The notes: generated from the letters alone by a model not told the origin. A stretch of 64,000 bases of DNA from Candidatus Saccharimonadales bacterium (GCA_041600715.1 JBFIJM010000001.1:64387-128386); one strand, 5' to 3'. Numbered from the stretch's first letter, positions 47,207-56,982 are shown. Made by a program: numbers and translations.

Positions 47207-48232
47207 TTACTCCGCTAGAGCGTATGTAGCTTTGCTAACGCGCTTGAACTGATCTTTTCCTTGCAGGTTAAGTAAGATAGTCGTTTCTTTAACGTAGCGA
47301 CTCTTAAGCACGCGCTTAACGATCTCATCACGGTGCAGAGGCTCGTTAGCTTCTTTCAGTACTTCTGAAATGATGTCAGAAACGGTGCCTTTTTTATAGC
47401 CCCATTCCTTTAAGGCGTAAATACCTCGGCCTATTAATACAAATCGCTTGTCTTTGATAAGTTCATTATGTATTGCTTGAGTAGTTACATCTTTTCGCTT
47501 AAAGTCAGAACCTTTAATCGCATCAGAGATTTCACTAAAGTGCATATGTTTGCCGTGTTGCTGAAGGATCACGTAGATCTTGTCTCGGATGTTCTTAGGA
47601 TTAACTGTAGGCCATTTGATTAGGCCCCACTTTTCATTAAGTGTGGCTAAGTTTTTAGATGTGCTCGACAAAGCTTCTACGTGGCTAGGCTCTGGATGAT
47701 TAATATGCTCTGCAACCTGACTAACCTTGGCTGGTTCGCCAATTTTCTTAAGAGCATTAATTATTTCACTGACGTGCTGTTGAATTTTCTTTTCATCGTG
47801 GACTTCAGTAATTGCCACCGACTGATAAAAATGATCATTATCAGTAACTACACTGAGAGACGGGCATAATTCACTAACAAAACTTAACCTAGACTGGTCG
47901 ATCTTAGTGCTTGTTTCTCCAGTCAGAACATCTGCAAGTTTTGATACACGAGCAATATTGCCTAGCTCTTTTAGCTTAGTAGACAGTGTATTATCTGCTT
48001 CTTGAAGACCTGTTAACTCCCCTGCCTCGGCATTCATGCGTAGTCGTGTCATTGTAGCTTTTTCTAGCTGTCGTACGCGCTCACGTGTGATGCCCAGTAG
48101 TTCGCCTATTTGCTCGAGGGTTTCTTTGCGGTCGTATAGACCATAACGACGAGCAATGATTTCTCTCTCTCGTTCCCTGTCTATCGATTCAAGTATCTGC
48201 TTAACAAGTGCTTCGATCTCTTTTTTTGTCAT
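47207..48232 (-). CDS. sigma-70 region-4 HTH fused to three HARE-HTH-like modules
   Basis: N-terminus RRYGLYDRKETLEQIGELLGITRERVRQLEKATMTRLR (region 4.2). Three modules ending WGLIKW, GIYALKEWGY, KATYAL resemble the RNAP delta-subunit HARE-HTH. Confidence 0.7.
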   Translation of the reverse strand: MTKKEIEALVKQILESIDREREREIIARRYGLYDRKETLEQIGELLGITRERVRQLEKATMTRLRMNAEAGELTGLQEADNTLSTKLKELGNIARVSKLADVLTGETSTKIDQSRLSFVSELCPSLSVVTDNDHFYQSVAITEVHDEKKIQQHVSEIINALKKIGEPAKVSQVAEHINHPEPSHVEALSSTSKNLATLNEKWGLIKWPTVNPKNIRDKIYVILQQHGKHMHFSEISDAIKGSDFKRKDVTTQAIHNELIKDKRFVLIGRGIYALKEWGYKKGTVSDIISEVLKEANEPLHRDEIVKRVLKSRYVKETTILLNLQGKDQFKRVSKATYALAE

Positions 48233-48501
48233 TATGCGTCAGTCCTTCTTTCTTATCAGTAGTACCTACAAACCTTTAGCACAATTATATCACTTATGAA
48301 AATTAAAGTCAAATATATTATGTACTCTTACTTCTTGGCAGTATACAGCCAATGATCTGTAGCTACCTCCCCCGCTGTCATTTAGCACAACAGATTTATG
48401 TGGTTTTGTGAATATATAGTATCACAAACTTTTAAATAATGTCTATATTATGCATTAGCATGATGTATTGATTAATTTTTAGGTATTTGAGAGTATACTA
48501 A

Positions 48502-50790
48502 TTATTTTTTGCGACGTATTGTACGTTTTTTCTTGGCCGGAGCTTTATCTAATAGTTCCTTGCACTGCACTTCGGTCAGTTTCTTTGGGTCTTCAGCGAG
48601 TGACTTCGGTAAGCGGGCGTTTTTCTTGCCATCAGTAACGTAGGGCCCATAGGGTCCGTTCACTACGGATATACCGCTGTCCCACTGGTGTATGTACTTA
48701 TTGGCCTCTTTTTCTAGTTTCTGAGCATAAAATTCACGAGCTTCTGCTTCTGTGATAGTTAGCGGGTCATGAGGCTTTATAGATACGTATAGTTTCCCGA
48801 CCTGGATATATGGACCGAAGCGACCAATATTAGCTTTAATGTCTTCACCTTCAGGTGTTGTTCCTACTATGCGAGGTAATTTGAACATCTCTAATGCCTG
48901 CTCGAGAGTAACCGTTTTTATAGTTATGCCATCTGGAAGTGGCGCAAAAGCTGGCTTATCCTCAGATTCGGTTTCACCCTTCTGGAGCATTGCACCATAT
49001 CGGCCGTAACGAGCCATAATAGGTTTACCTGATTTGGGGTCATTGCCAAGAACACGGGCTTTAGAAGTCTCTGCTCTAGATACATCTGCCGATTTCTCGA
49101 TAAGAGGTGCAAAATCTTTATAAAAAGCGCTGATCATATCTTGCCACTTGATCTTACCTTCTGCGATCTTATCGAAGTTTGCCTCAGCCTTTGCAGTAAA
49201 ATCGTAGTCAACAATGTTGGTAAAGTGATTTACCAGAAAATCTGTCGCAACTTCCGCTAGGTGTGTAGGTGATAGTTTGTTTCTTTCAACCCCAGTTCTC
49301 TCAGTAGTTGTACCCTCAGTCACTTTGGCGTCTTTAAGCTCAAGTGTTCTAAGAGTTCTCTCAATCCCTTCGCTATCGTTCTTTTCTACATAGTTGCGAG
49401 TTTGTATCGTAGAAATTGTCGGCGCATAAGTGCTTGGGCGACCAATACCTAGCTCTTCTAATTTACGCACAAGTGAAGCTTCAGAATATCTAGCTGGGGG
49501 TCGGTCAAAAGATTCGACGGCTTGCATTTTAATTAAAGTAAGAGGATCGCCTATAGAAACAGCAGGAAGTATTGTGTCGTCTTTACCACCACCATAAACT
49601 TTTAGGAACCCATCAAAAAGTAGTATTTCGCCTTTAGCAATTAATACCTGCTTGCTTGTGCTTATAGATACAGTTATTTCGCTTCTCTCAAGTCTGGCAC
49701 TTGTCATTTGGCTAGCAAGTGTACGGCGCCAAATAAGGTGATACAACTTCTGTTGAAGATCGTCTTGCCCGGCATAATCTTTGGTAAAATCCGTTGGTCT
49801 AATGGCTTCATGTGCTTCTTGCGCTGAAGCATTCTTAGTCTTGTAGATTCGTTGCTCATGATACTGATTGCCGTACTTTCGGGTAATGTGCTCTTTAGCT
49901 GCAGTGAGCGACTGGGATGAAAGCGTAGTGCTGTCAGTACGCATATATGTGATGTGCCCGTTTTCATAGAGTCTTTGGGCTAGTGTCATGGTTTGCTTTA
50001 CGCTAAAACCTAGCTTTGCGCTGGCTTCTTGTTGCAGGCTAGAGGTTGTGAATGGTGGGCTTGGATTCCGGACGCTTGGTTTCTTAGCAATGTCTTTTAC
50101 GGAGTACTTGGCATTTGTAATGGAGTTTAAGAATGTTTTTGCTTCAGGTAAATCATGTAGAGGCTTAGATAGTTCAGCCTTCAGTTCATCTCCATGAGCA
50201 TCGAACAGAGCAGAAATTTTGAATTGAGACGAAGACTCGAATGATTCGATTTCACGTTCTCTCTCAACAATGAGCCTTACTGCTACTGACTGAACACGTC
50301 CTGCGCTCAGTCCGGTTTGTACTTTTTTCCAGAGCACTGGGCTTAACTCGTACCCTACTAATCTGTCTAATACTCGGCGTGCCTGTTGTGCATCAACCAG
50401 GTGCTCGTGTACTGTGCGCGGGTTTGCAACAGCTTTCTGGATAGCAGGTTTTGTTATCTCATGAAATACAATTCGTTTAGTTTTCTTAGGATTCAGCTTA
50501 AGTGCATGACATAAGTGCCAGGCAATTGCCTCACCCTCGCGGTCTTCATCACTTGCTAACCAGACTTCTGCGCCCTTTGCTTCTTTTCGCAAGTCAGCTA
50601 TTACGCGTTTCTTATCATCCGCAATCTCGTAACTAGGCTCAAAGTTATTGTTTTTATCGATTGATAGTCCCTTTCGAGGCAAATCTCGAATATGGCCAAA
50701 ACTACTTTTGACTACAAAATCTTTTCCAAGAAACTTCTCAATTGTCTTGGCTTTAGCTGGTGACTCTACGATAACTAGGTTTTTGGGCAT
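48502..50790 (-). CDS. topA: DNA topoisomerase I
   Basis: TOPRIM LVIVESPAKAKTI / SDEDREGE, active-site GHITYMRTDS. C-terminal GxxGPY repeats instead of zinc ribbons. Confidence 0.97.
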   Translation of the reverse strand: MPKNLVIVESPAKAKTIEKFLGKDFVVKSSFGHIRDLPRKGLSIDKNNNFEPSYEIADDKKRVIADLRKEAKGAEVWLASDEDREGEAIAWHLCHALKLNPKKTKRIVFHEITKPAIQKAVANPRTVHEHLVDAQQARRVLDRLVGYELSPVLWKKVQTGLSAGRVQSVAVRLIVEREREIESFESSSQFKISALFDAHGDELKAELSKPLHDLPEAKTFLNSITNAKYSVKDIAKKPSVRNPSPPFTTSSLQQEASAKLGFSVKQTMTLAQRLYENGHITYMRTDSTTLSSQSLTAAKEHITRKYGNQYHEQRIYKTKNASAQEAHEAIRPTDFTKDYAGQDDLQQKLYHLIWRRTLASQMTSARLERSEITVSISTSKQVLIAKGEILLFDGFLKVYGGGKDDTILPAVSIGDPLTLIKMQAVESFDRPPARYSEASLVRKLEELGIGRPSTYAPTISTIQTRNYVEKNDSEGIERTLRTLELKDAKVTEGTTTERTGVERNKLSPTHLAEVATDFLVNHFTNIVDYDFTAKAEANFDKIAEGKIKWQDMISAFYKDFAPLIEKSADVSRAETSKARVLGNDPKSGKPIMARYGRYGAMLQKGETESEDKPAFAPLPDGITIKTVTLEQALEMFKLPRIVGTTPEGEDIKANIGRFGPYIQVGKLYVSIKPHDPLTITEAEAREFYAQKLEKEANKYIHQWDSGISVVNGPYGPYVTDGKKNARLPKSLAEDPKKLTEVQCKELLDKAPAKKKRTIRRKK

Positions 50791-50886
50791 ATTGCTTAAG
50801 TATATGGACTCTTAATTATATGTCAAAGGCGACATCAAGTTACTACCCTATCTAACAAACCGAATTTATGCAATAGCAAGCATTGC

Positions 50887-51747
50887 TTATTTTTTGCGCC
50901 ACATGCCTGATGAAATCTGTATTACTCCTTTGATCTCTAGCATGGTGAGGTGTGTCTGCAGTTCGACTAAGCTAATAGCACTACTGCGCAGTAGTTCATC
51001 GCTACTTTTCGGTGTTTTAAGTAGTTGTAGTATCGTTACTTCTTGAGGGTGTTCTGGTAAATAGTCAATTTCTGATTGTGGGGCTATGCCTAGTTCATTC
51101 AGTACATCGCTAGAACTTAATAGTGGAACTGCCCCAGTCTGTATCAGGCGGTTGGTCCCCTTACTATATGCGCTGGTGATTTGTCCAGGAACCGCCATTA
51201 TGGTTTTTCCTAACTCAAGAGCGAACCTAGCAGTATGGAGACTGCCACTATTTTCTGCTGCCTCGGTAACGATAAGCACATCACTCAAAGATGCAATTAT
51301 ACGGTTTCTTTCAATAAACTGATGCTTTCGTGGAGAGCTTCTTCCGGCATACTCAGAAATAAGTAGGCCGTTGTGATCTATTATTTGTCTAGCAAGCCCA
51401 CTATGACTCGATGGGTAGATTGTATCTATGCCACAAGGGAGGACAGCAATTGTGGCCCCGCCTGCCTCCATGCATGCTCGGTGAGCTACGCTATCTACTC
51501 CTAGCGCAAGACCGCTTATTACTACAACCCCAGCCTTGGCCATAGCGCGTGCAATATCCTCTGTAACTTCTCTTCCATAAGGTGTGAATTTGCGCGCTCC
51601 TACAATCCCAACCGTGGGAGTGCGTTTCAATAGATCAACATTGCCCTTACCGAATAATTCCTTCGGTTTGTTATAAAGCTGAGTCACCTTTTCAGGCAGA
51701 CTAGAGACGCTTAAGCTTATTGCGCTACTATCTTGCATATTATTCAA
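50887..51747 (-). CDS. dprA: DNA processing protein DprA/Smf
   Basis: GIVGARKFTPYGREV, SGLALGVDSVAH, C-terminal winged-helix-like tail. Confidence 0.9.
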   Translation of the reverse strand: MNNMQDSSAISLSVSSLPEKVTQLYNKPKELFGKGNVDLLKRTPTVGIVGARKFTPYGREVTEDIARAMAKAGVVVISGLALGVDSVAHRACMEAGGATIAVLPCGIDTIYPSSHSGLARQIIDHNGLLISEYAGRSSPRKHQFIERNRIIASLSDVLIVTEAAENSGSLHTARFALELGKTIMAVPGQITSAYSKGTNRLIQTGAVPLLSSSDVLNELGIAPQSEIDYLPEHPQEVTILQLLKTPKSSDELLRSSAISLVELQTHLTMLEIKGVIQISSGMWRKK

Positions 51748-51762
51748 AAGAGTGTAAAGGTA

Positions 51763-51791
51763 TTGACAATCCGAAACAAGTTTGCTAGAAT
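51763..51791 (+). promoter_or_regulatory. strong orphan sigma70-type promoter TTGACA-17-TAGAAT (with TGn extension)
   Basis: TTGACA 51763-51768, 17-nt spacer ending TGC, TAGAAT 51786-51791. No ORF follows for ~500 nt. Confidence 0.7.
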
Positions 51792-51797
51792 GTCAAT

Positions 51798-52156
51798 TTG
51801 TAAGCCTATAAACTTATTATGTTTATATGTCTTAAGTACCTTCCATACCCCCAATGTTAGATTGTTTTAGAGTGTGCCCTTGCTGGCACAGCTATGCAGA
51901 AGTTGTTACCCTCCACTTCAGTATAGCCTATCTTACTCCGGTAAGAACTCTAAAACATACTAACCCCTTTAACATTCAGATGGTCCTCAATGCGAGGCTA
52001 TCTGAGTACCCCTATTCAAAGTGAGTATTGACGTATTCCGGATTTATCTGGAGGCGCCTGGTTGACCATTGCGTAACCATAGGACGCTTCACTGGGGTGG
52101 GTTGAAGGGTGTAATGAGCCTCCAGCGGTGCCCACCCCCTCTGGAGGCTCTTTTTT
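51798..52156 (+). ncRNA. unassigned structured RNA (~360 nt; candidate sRNA or cis-regulatory leader)
   Basis: Bounded by promoter 51763-51791 and an intrinsic terminator. Compact four-way junction 51863-51957 nested in helix 51853-59/51970-76, plus alternative pairings around the terminator. 5' end is estimated. Confidence 0.5.
52116..52156 (+). terminator. rho-independent terminator
   Basis: GAGCCTCCAG (52116-25) / CTGGAGGCTC (52141-50), 10-bp GC-rich stem, 15-nt loop, then TTTTTT 52151-56. Confidence 0.75.
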
Positions 52157-52296
52157 GTGGTGATATTTCTTTGGTGATGACAAGAAGTGCTCACTGCATC
52201 TTCTGCCCCCCTTGGAGACACCCTCCTTGTTTTTGATCAATGTCTTTACAAAACATAACTATTATGCTATAATGTATAGTAAGAAAAATATTATCT

Positions 52297-53055
52297 ATGG
52301 ACATTGTGCAAAGAGCTTTGGTACAGTCAGCGCGCGCCGAGAATACCGGTAGTGCAATGATGGAGATTGAACGCGAACACCAGTCAAAGGTGCGTCGTGA
52401 TTTGGCGATCGCTTATCATAAAAGTATTGGTAAAGTAATGCTCCGTGGATTAGGCGCATCACTTGGAGTCGGGTGTTATATTGGTGCCGGCTTTCAACAG
52501 ATCGCATTCCATGATGTTAGCCGTCAAGAGGTGCTAAAACTAAGGATGAATAGCATAGGGTTATCGCACACTAAGGCTAAGGATACTGCCAAATCCATGC
52601 AACAGGAATACGATGTAGCTAAGCACTACATGCAAGAAAATTGGCTAGACACCTATATTGACGTTATTAAACTTCCGCAGGCCGTAGGAGGCTTTGCTGT
52701 GGCTAGTATGCAACCATATGTTGAAGGACGCATAACCTTTGAATCGTATAAGGATATTATTGGTTATTCTGTAGATTATTCATTTATAACAGCACAAAAG
52801 GAATATGTGGACCACGCCCTGAACTTATATGATAACGAGGGCATGTTCCCTGATATATTTGGCAGGAATAATATTTTCTTAAATGAGTCAGAAACGTTAT
52901 TGCAAGTTGATACAATGCCTGTTACTCCCAGACAACTCCAAAAACCGTCCGCTTTTGTATCCTTTGATAAGCAAGTAGACGAATTTAACCATGCATTTTG
53001 TGCATGGCAAGAGTCACTTCCATCGTTAGCTAACCAATATACCGAACAGAATTAG
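52297..53055 (+). CDS. hypothetical protein (252 aa); very weak kinase-like loop resemblance
   Basis: Own TGcTATAAT promoter (52265-52273). FPDIFGRNNIFL...LLQVDTMP vaguely recalls kinase-fold catalytic/Mg loops. Not reliable. Confidence 0.5.
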   Translation: MDIVQRALVQSARAENTGSAMMEIEREHQSKVRRDLAIAYHKSIGKVMLRGLGASLGVGCYIGAGFQQIAFHDVSRQEVLKLRMNSIGLSHTKAKDTAKSMQQEYDVAKHYMQENWLDTYIDVIKLPQAVGGFAVASMQPYVEGRITFESYKDIIGYSVDYSFITAQKEYVDHALNLYDNEGMFPDIFGRNNIFLNESETLLQVDTMPVTPRQLQKPSAFVSFDKQVDEFNHAFCAWQESLPSLANQYTEQN

Positions 53056-53085
53056 GCGGAATTTTTGTTATAATTAAATACGATT

Positions 53086-53379
53086 ATGGAAATTAAGGAC
53101 GACTACGCAATACTAACCCAGCAAGAGGCTGAGACTACTGGATTACCGGAAAGAGTACATCTCAGCGAAGATGGTTTACTCGAGGTTCTAGATTTTGCCC
53201 AGAAAGCAGATGAGCAGATGATATCTGATAGAGCTGATTGTGACACTCTATATGGTGCTGATATGGCAAGAGTGATGAATGCAGAGCGCCGATTGCATAT
53301 ACGTCGTCCATTGATTACTAAGTTGCTTCAAGAGTTTAATGTAATGACTTTTATCAAAGAACTCGACGAAGAACTATAA
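53086..53379 (+). CDS. hypothetical acidic protein (97 aa)
   Basis: ORF after TGtTATAAT (53064-53072); no motif recognised. Confidence 0.45.
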   Translation: MEIKDDYAILTQQEAETTGLPERVHLSEDGLLEVLDFAQKADEQMISDRADCDTLYGADMARVMNAERRLHIRRPLITKLLQEFNVMTFIKELDEEL

Positions 53380-53955
53380 GATAAAACTACGAGTTTCTGT
53401 TTGGAGCTGACCTTCGCCGTAGCAATATTCACTGATTACGCTATTAGCTTCCTGTAATAGTAGTTTCATACTTTCCTGGTTGGCTTTACTAAATTTCCCA
53501 AGAACAAAGTCAGCGCTATCTATCTGAGCTGGTTTTTTTGGCCCAATACCTACACGCATACGTGCAAAGTCGTCACCACAGTGTTGGATGATGGATTTTA
53601 TACCGTTATTACCAGCCGAACTCCCACCGTACCGCGTTCGGATCTGACCGAAATCTAGATCCAGTTCATCATGTACAACCAGTGTTGCTTGGTTGGACAC
53701 CTTATAAAAGTGTTGCATTGCTTGCACTGCTCTACCGCTTTCGTTCATAAAAGTCGTGGGCTTGCATAAGATCACTCGACTACTACCTATAGTGAGCGAA
53801 GATTCTGCACAGTGAAGATCCTTTTTAATACTCCAATTAGCATGTCCCTGTTTTTCAGCAAAGTAATCTAGGATATCGAAGCCAATGTTATGTCGGGTAC
53901 CTGAGTAATCTTTTCCGATATTACCAAGACCCACAATTAGTAGGGTTTTTTGCAT
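53374..53955 (-). CDS. pth: peptidyl-tRNA hydrolase
   Basis: LLIVGLGNIGKDYSGTRHNIGF, MNESG, GHNGIKS-like (GNNGIKS). Start at ATG 53955. Confidence 0.93.
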   Translation of the reverse strand: MQKTLLIVGLGNIGKDYSGTRHNIGFDILDYFAEKQGHANWSIKKDLHCAESSLTIGSSRVILCKPTTFMNESGRAVQAMQHFYKVSNQATLVVHDELDLDFGQIRTRYGGSSAGNNGIKSIIQHCGDDFARMRVGIGPKKPAQIDSADFVLGKFSKANQESMKLLLQEANSVISEYCYGEGQLQTETRSFIL

Positions 53956-54029
53956 ACCTGTAGTGTAGAGTGAAGCCGTATCGCTAATTTGTGGGCGTCT
54001 TTGGAATAATGCCATTTGTATATTCTACA

Positions 54030-55409
54030 CTAATTACTTCGTGGTTCTTTGGTTGGGCTGTTGCCGTGTTTATGTGTGACGTGCTTCTCTATAAACCAGA
54101 ACTGCACAGGCGTACCCTCGTATCCGTAAGTTTCACGAATTTGGCGGTCCATGTGGCGCTTATAGCTCCAGTGGAGAAACTTAGTATGACTCCCAAAAAC
54201 CTTAAATGCAGGTATCGGATTATCTGTTTCCTGAGTGATGTAATTGAGCTTAGGTGCCCGATTCTTCAGCCCAGCTGGCGGGTGCTTATCAATAACTTTT
54301 CTGAGCCAGCGGTTGAGCTCGGTTGTTTTTATTCGCTTCTCACGTTGTTTCATAATATCGAGCACAAGATCAAAGATCTTAGTTACGTTTTGTCCTGTAA
54401 CACTACTGGTAAGAATAAATGATGCCCATGGCGCAAAATCAAAATCTCTGGAAATTTCTGGAGCTATTTGATCACGGGTAAACGCGTCTTTGTCTGTTAA
54501 TGCGTCCCATTTGCTGACCACTATGATCAATCCCTTGCCGGACTCTTTGATCATCCCGGCAATTTTTTGGTCTAGCTGGACGTGAAGCTCTGTGGCGTCT
54601 ATAAGCAGTAAGCAAACATCTGCCTGCTCAATTGCGGATAAACTTCTGATGACGCTAAACTTCTCTATGCCACGCTCTATTTTGCCACTGCGTCGGATAC
54701 CCGCTGTGTCCATGATTTCTATTTCTCTACCCAGATACTTAACTATTGTTCGGTTAATATCTCTTGTGGTACCAGCGCGATCCGCTACTACTGCCTGTTG
54801 TTTTTTAGCTAGTGCATTAAAAAGCGCTGACTTGCCTACGTTTGGCCTACCCAGTAGCGCTATTCTCACGCGGTCATCAGCGTCGGCTAGACTGGCTTTA
54901 GGTAATATCTCTGCTAAGTGCTCTAGTAAATCATCAATGCCATTTGACTGAGTTACTGAGGTCGGAAAGATCGGCTTGATACCAAGACGCTGTAAATGGT
55001 CTAGTGACTTGCCATGTGCTTTGTCTGCTTTGTTAGCCACTAGAATTACGGGTTTTTTACTCTTTAAGGCCATTTTGGCAACTCGGCGGTCTTCCTCGGT
55101 TATTTGTAGATGTGCCTCGTTCATTACAATGATTACATCAGCACTATCCGCTGCCTGTATGATCTGTTCTTGGATGGTGAATTCAAAGTCATCTTTAGCA
55201 TCCTTAAGACCTGCAGTGTCGACAATCCAAAAGTTCTGGATATCTTCTCCGCTACCAATTGATGCTTTTGCCATGATGCTGTCGCGCGTGGTGCCTGGCT
55301 CGTCGGCAACTATCGCTTCTCGTCTTTCAAGGATGGCATTAAAAAGGCTGGATTTACCAACATTTGCACGGCCCACAATGGCCACAATAGGAAGTTTTTT
55401 CTTACTCAC
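54030..55409 (-). CDS. der: ribosome-associated GTPase Der/EngA
   Basis: Two G domains (GRANVGKSS..DTAG; GRPNVGKSA..DTAG) plus a KH-like C-terminus. Confidence 0.95.
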   Translation of the reverse strand: MSKKKLPIVAIVGRANVGKSSLFNAILERREAIVADEPGTTRDSIMAKASIGSGEDIQNFWIVDTAGLKDAKDDFEFTIQEQIIQAADSADVIIVMNEAHLQITEEDRRVAKMALKSKKPVILVANKADKAHGKSLDHLQRLGIKPIFPTSVTQSNGIDDLLEHLAEILPKASLADADDRVRIALLGRPNVGKSALFNALAKKQQAVVADRAGTTRDINRTIVKYLGREIEIMDTAGIRRSGKIERGIEKFSVIRSLSAIEQADVCLLLIDATELHVQLDQKIAGMIKESGKGLIIVVSKWDALTDKDAFTRDQIAPEISRDFDFAPWASFILTSSVTGQNVTKIFDLVLDIMKQREKRIKTTELNRWLRKVIDKHPPAGLKNRAPKLNYITQETDNPIPAFKVFGSHTKFLHWSYKRHMDRQIRETYGYEGTPVQFWFIEKHVTHKHGNSPTKEPRSN

Positions 55410-55441
55410 GAATATTCTTATTATACCTCTGTTTAGCTATA

Positions 55442-55471
55442 TTGACAACTGTAACATTACAATTGCATAAT
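55442..55471 (+). promoter_or_regulatory. sigma70-type promoter TTGACA-18-CATAAT
   Basis: TTGACA 55442-55447, 18-nt spacer, CATAAT 55466-55471. ~130-nt hairpin-rich leader before ATG 55608. Confidence 0.5.
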
Positions 55472-55607
55472 AATATAAATTATATAATCTATATACTCAT
55501 CAGATTCATGCCGTAAAGAATCTGACAGCATTGTTGTGCAACAATAGATTAAAGTAGCCTCAGCCAAGTGGGAGCTAAGTTTTTAATACCCCAGGCTAGG
55601 AGTTGCT

Positions 55608-56282
55608 ATGGAAATTATCTCAGAACACAATAAAGAAGAACCGAGTCGTTTTAAGAGAATTGTGAGTCTTGTTGGGTCTACTATTGACGGACTATCTTTC
55701 TCTCAAGAACATTTTGATGAACAACAACAATCAAGACTTAATAGGTATGTTGGAAATGTTGCCCTTGTTGGCGCAGATTACCATGACGACCAGGAGATGT
55801 ATCAGGGTATTGCTAGGTCTGCTCGCTCTATTTATCAAGATGGATTACTGGATGGAAAGGACAGCGTGGGCATTCGGGTTATATGGCCAGACAGAAATCC
55901 CACCAACGAAATAAATCAACGTAGTCTTTATGCTACAGATTTTTTGGCTTCTTTACTGCGTGAAGATTATGGCGCTCGAGTCCATATCGTGGAGAGACCT
56001 GGTTATGTGCACAGTGGAACAGGCTCAGAAACGCTTCGTTCTGCAAGCGTGGTACACGATTCCCTCCTATTACACGAACAGGAGGTTAAAAACGAACACG
56101 CCAAAAGACTGGGTTTTATAGGCTTAGTTCACAGCAGATGGGCTCACCGGGTGTTTCGTGGTTTCCCGTCTAAACTAGAAGGTGTACCGGTAGCAAAGCT
56201 CAACGCCATACAGCCCGACACTGGTATTATTATGTTCTCAAGACTCGTACCGAATGAGTTTAATATACCAATGCACGACTAG
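55608..56282 (+). CDS. hypothetical protein (224 aa)
   Basis: Long ORF with GGAG 8 nt upstream; no motif recognised. Confidence 0.5.
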   Translation: MEIISEHNKEEPSRFKRIVSLVGSTIDGLSFSQEHFDEQQQSRLNRYVGNVALVGADYHDDQEMYQGIARSARSIYQDGLLDGKDSVGIRVIWPDRNPTNEINQRSLYATDFLASLLREDYGARVHIVERPGYVHSGTGSETLRSASVVHDSLLLHEQEVKNEHAKRLGFIGLVHSRWAHRVFRGFPSKLEGVPVAKLNAIQPDTGIIMFSRLVPNEFNIPMHD

Positions 56283-56301
56283 TGTAAATATTGTCATTAG
56301 C

Positions 56302-56955
56302 TTAGTCTAGTTTTTTGTATTTACCAGAGCCTAGTCCATTAAGGCTGAAGCTACCAAAATGGGTGCGATGAAGTGTTTCTACAAAGTAGCCTAGAGAATC
56401 AAATGTTCGTCGTATCTGTCTGTTTCTGCCTTCTCTCATGGTTACGATCAAAGTGTCATTTTCTTTTTGGATCAAGAATTTGCTTTGTCCGTCACTAAGG
56501 GTAACGCCAAAATCACTTATCATCTGTTGGTGAAGCGGTTGCAAGGCTTTGTTTAGGGTAACTTCATACACTTTAGTTTTTTGTTTGCTTGGATGAGTTA
56601 GCTCGAATGCGAGCTGTCCGTCATTGGTCAATAGTAATAATCCAGAGGACTGTTTATCCAGACGACCAACAGGCTTTAGGTAATTTAAGTCTTTGGGCAA
56701 TAGATCATAAACTGTCTCACTCCCCTGTCCATCTCGGCTACAGACATACCCAGGCGGTTTGTTAATCATGATTGTTGTCATCGGTGAGTCGGTTTTTACT
56801 ACTTTTTCATCTAGCATGACTATGTCGTCGTTTTTAACATCATAGCCGTTCTCTGGAAGCTCACCGTTAACCCTTACACGATTTTGGCGTACCGCCTCGT
56901 CCGCGGAACGTCTACTTATACCTGTATGTAGAGCAAGATACTTATTGAGTCGCAT
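56302..56955 (-). CDS. S4-domain pseudouridine synthase (RsuA/RluB family)
   Basis: MRLNKYLALHTGISRRSADEAV S4 domain; GRLDKQSSGLLLLTNDG catalytic Asp motif. Confidence 0.88.
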   Translation of the reverse strand: MRLNKYLALHTGISRRSADEAVRQNRVRVNGELPENGYDVKNDDIVMLDEKVVKTDSPMTTIMINKPPGYVCSRDGQGSETVYDLLPKDLNYLKPVGRLDKQSSGLLLLTNDGQLAFELTHPSKQKTKVYEVTLNKALQPLHQQMISDFGVTLSDGQSKFLIQKENDTLIVTMREGRNRQIRRTFDSLGYFVETLHRTHFGSFSLNGLGSGKYKKLD

Positions 56956-56982
56956 ATTAAATAGTTTACGACACCGGTATGT

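Noticed and set aside
51798-52156. Whether the structured RNA is tmRNA, RNase P RNA, SRP RNA, a T-box or a TPP riboswitch.
   Set aside because: There is no GGGG...CCACCA tRNA-like ends or T-arm (tmRNA). There is no GAGGAAAGTCC / ACAGAA..GGCTTA (RNase P), no GGTCCGGAAGGAAGCAGC (SRP) and no GGGTGGTACCGCG (T-box). CTGAGTACCCC (52000-52010) resembles the TPP CUGAGA..ACCC core, but the GGGGUGC and GCGUAGGGA partners are absent. It remains unassigned; only a covariance-model search can settle it.
52012-52240. Two overlapping minus-strand ORFs (69 and 74 aa) in the dprA-downstream gap.
   Set aside because: They overlap the + strand terminator and pseudoknot region, have no RBS or promoter context, and the promoter and terminator polarity points to a + strand RNA.
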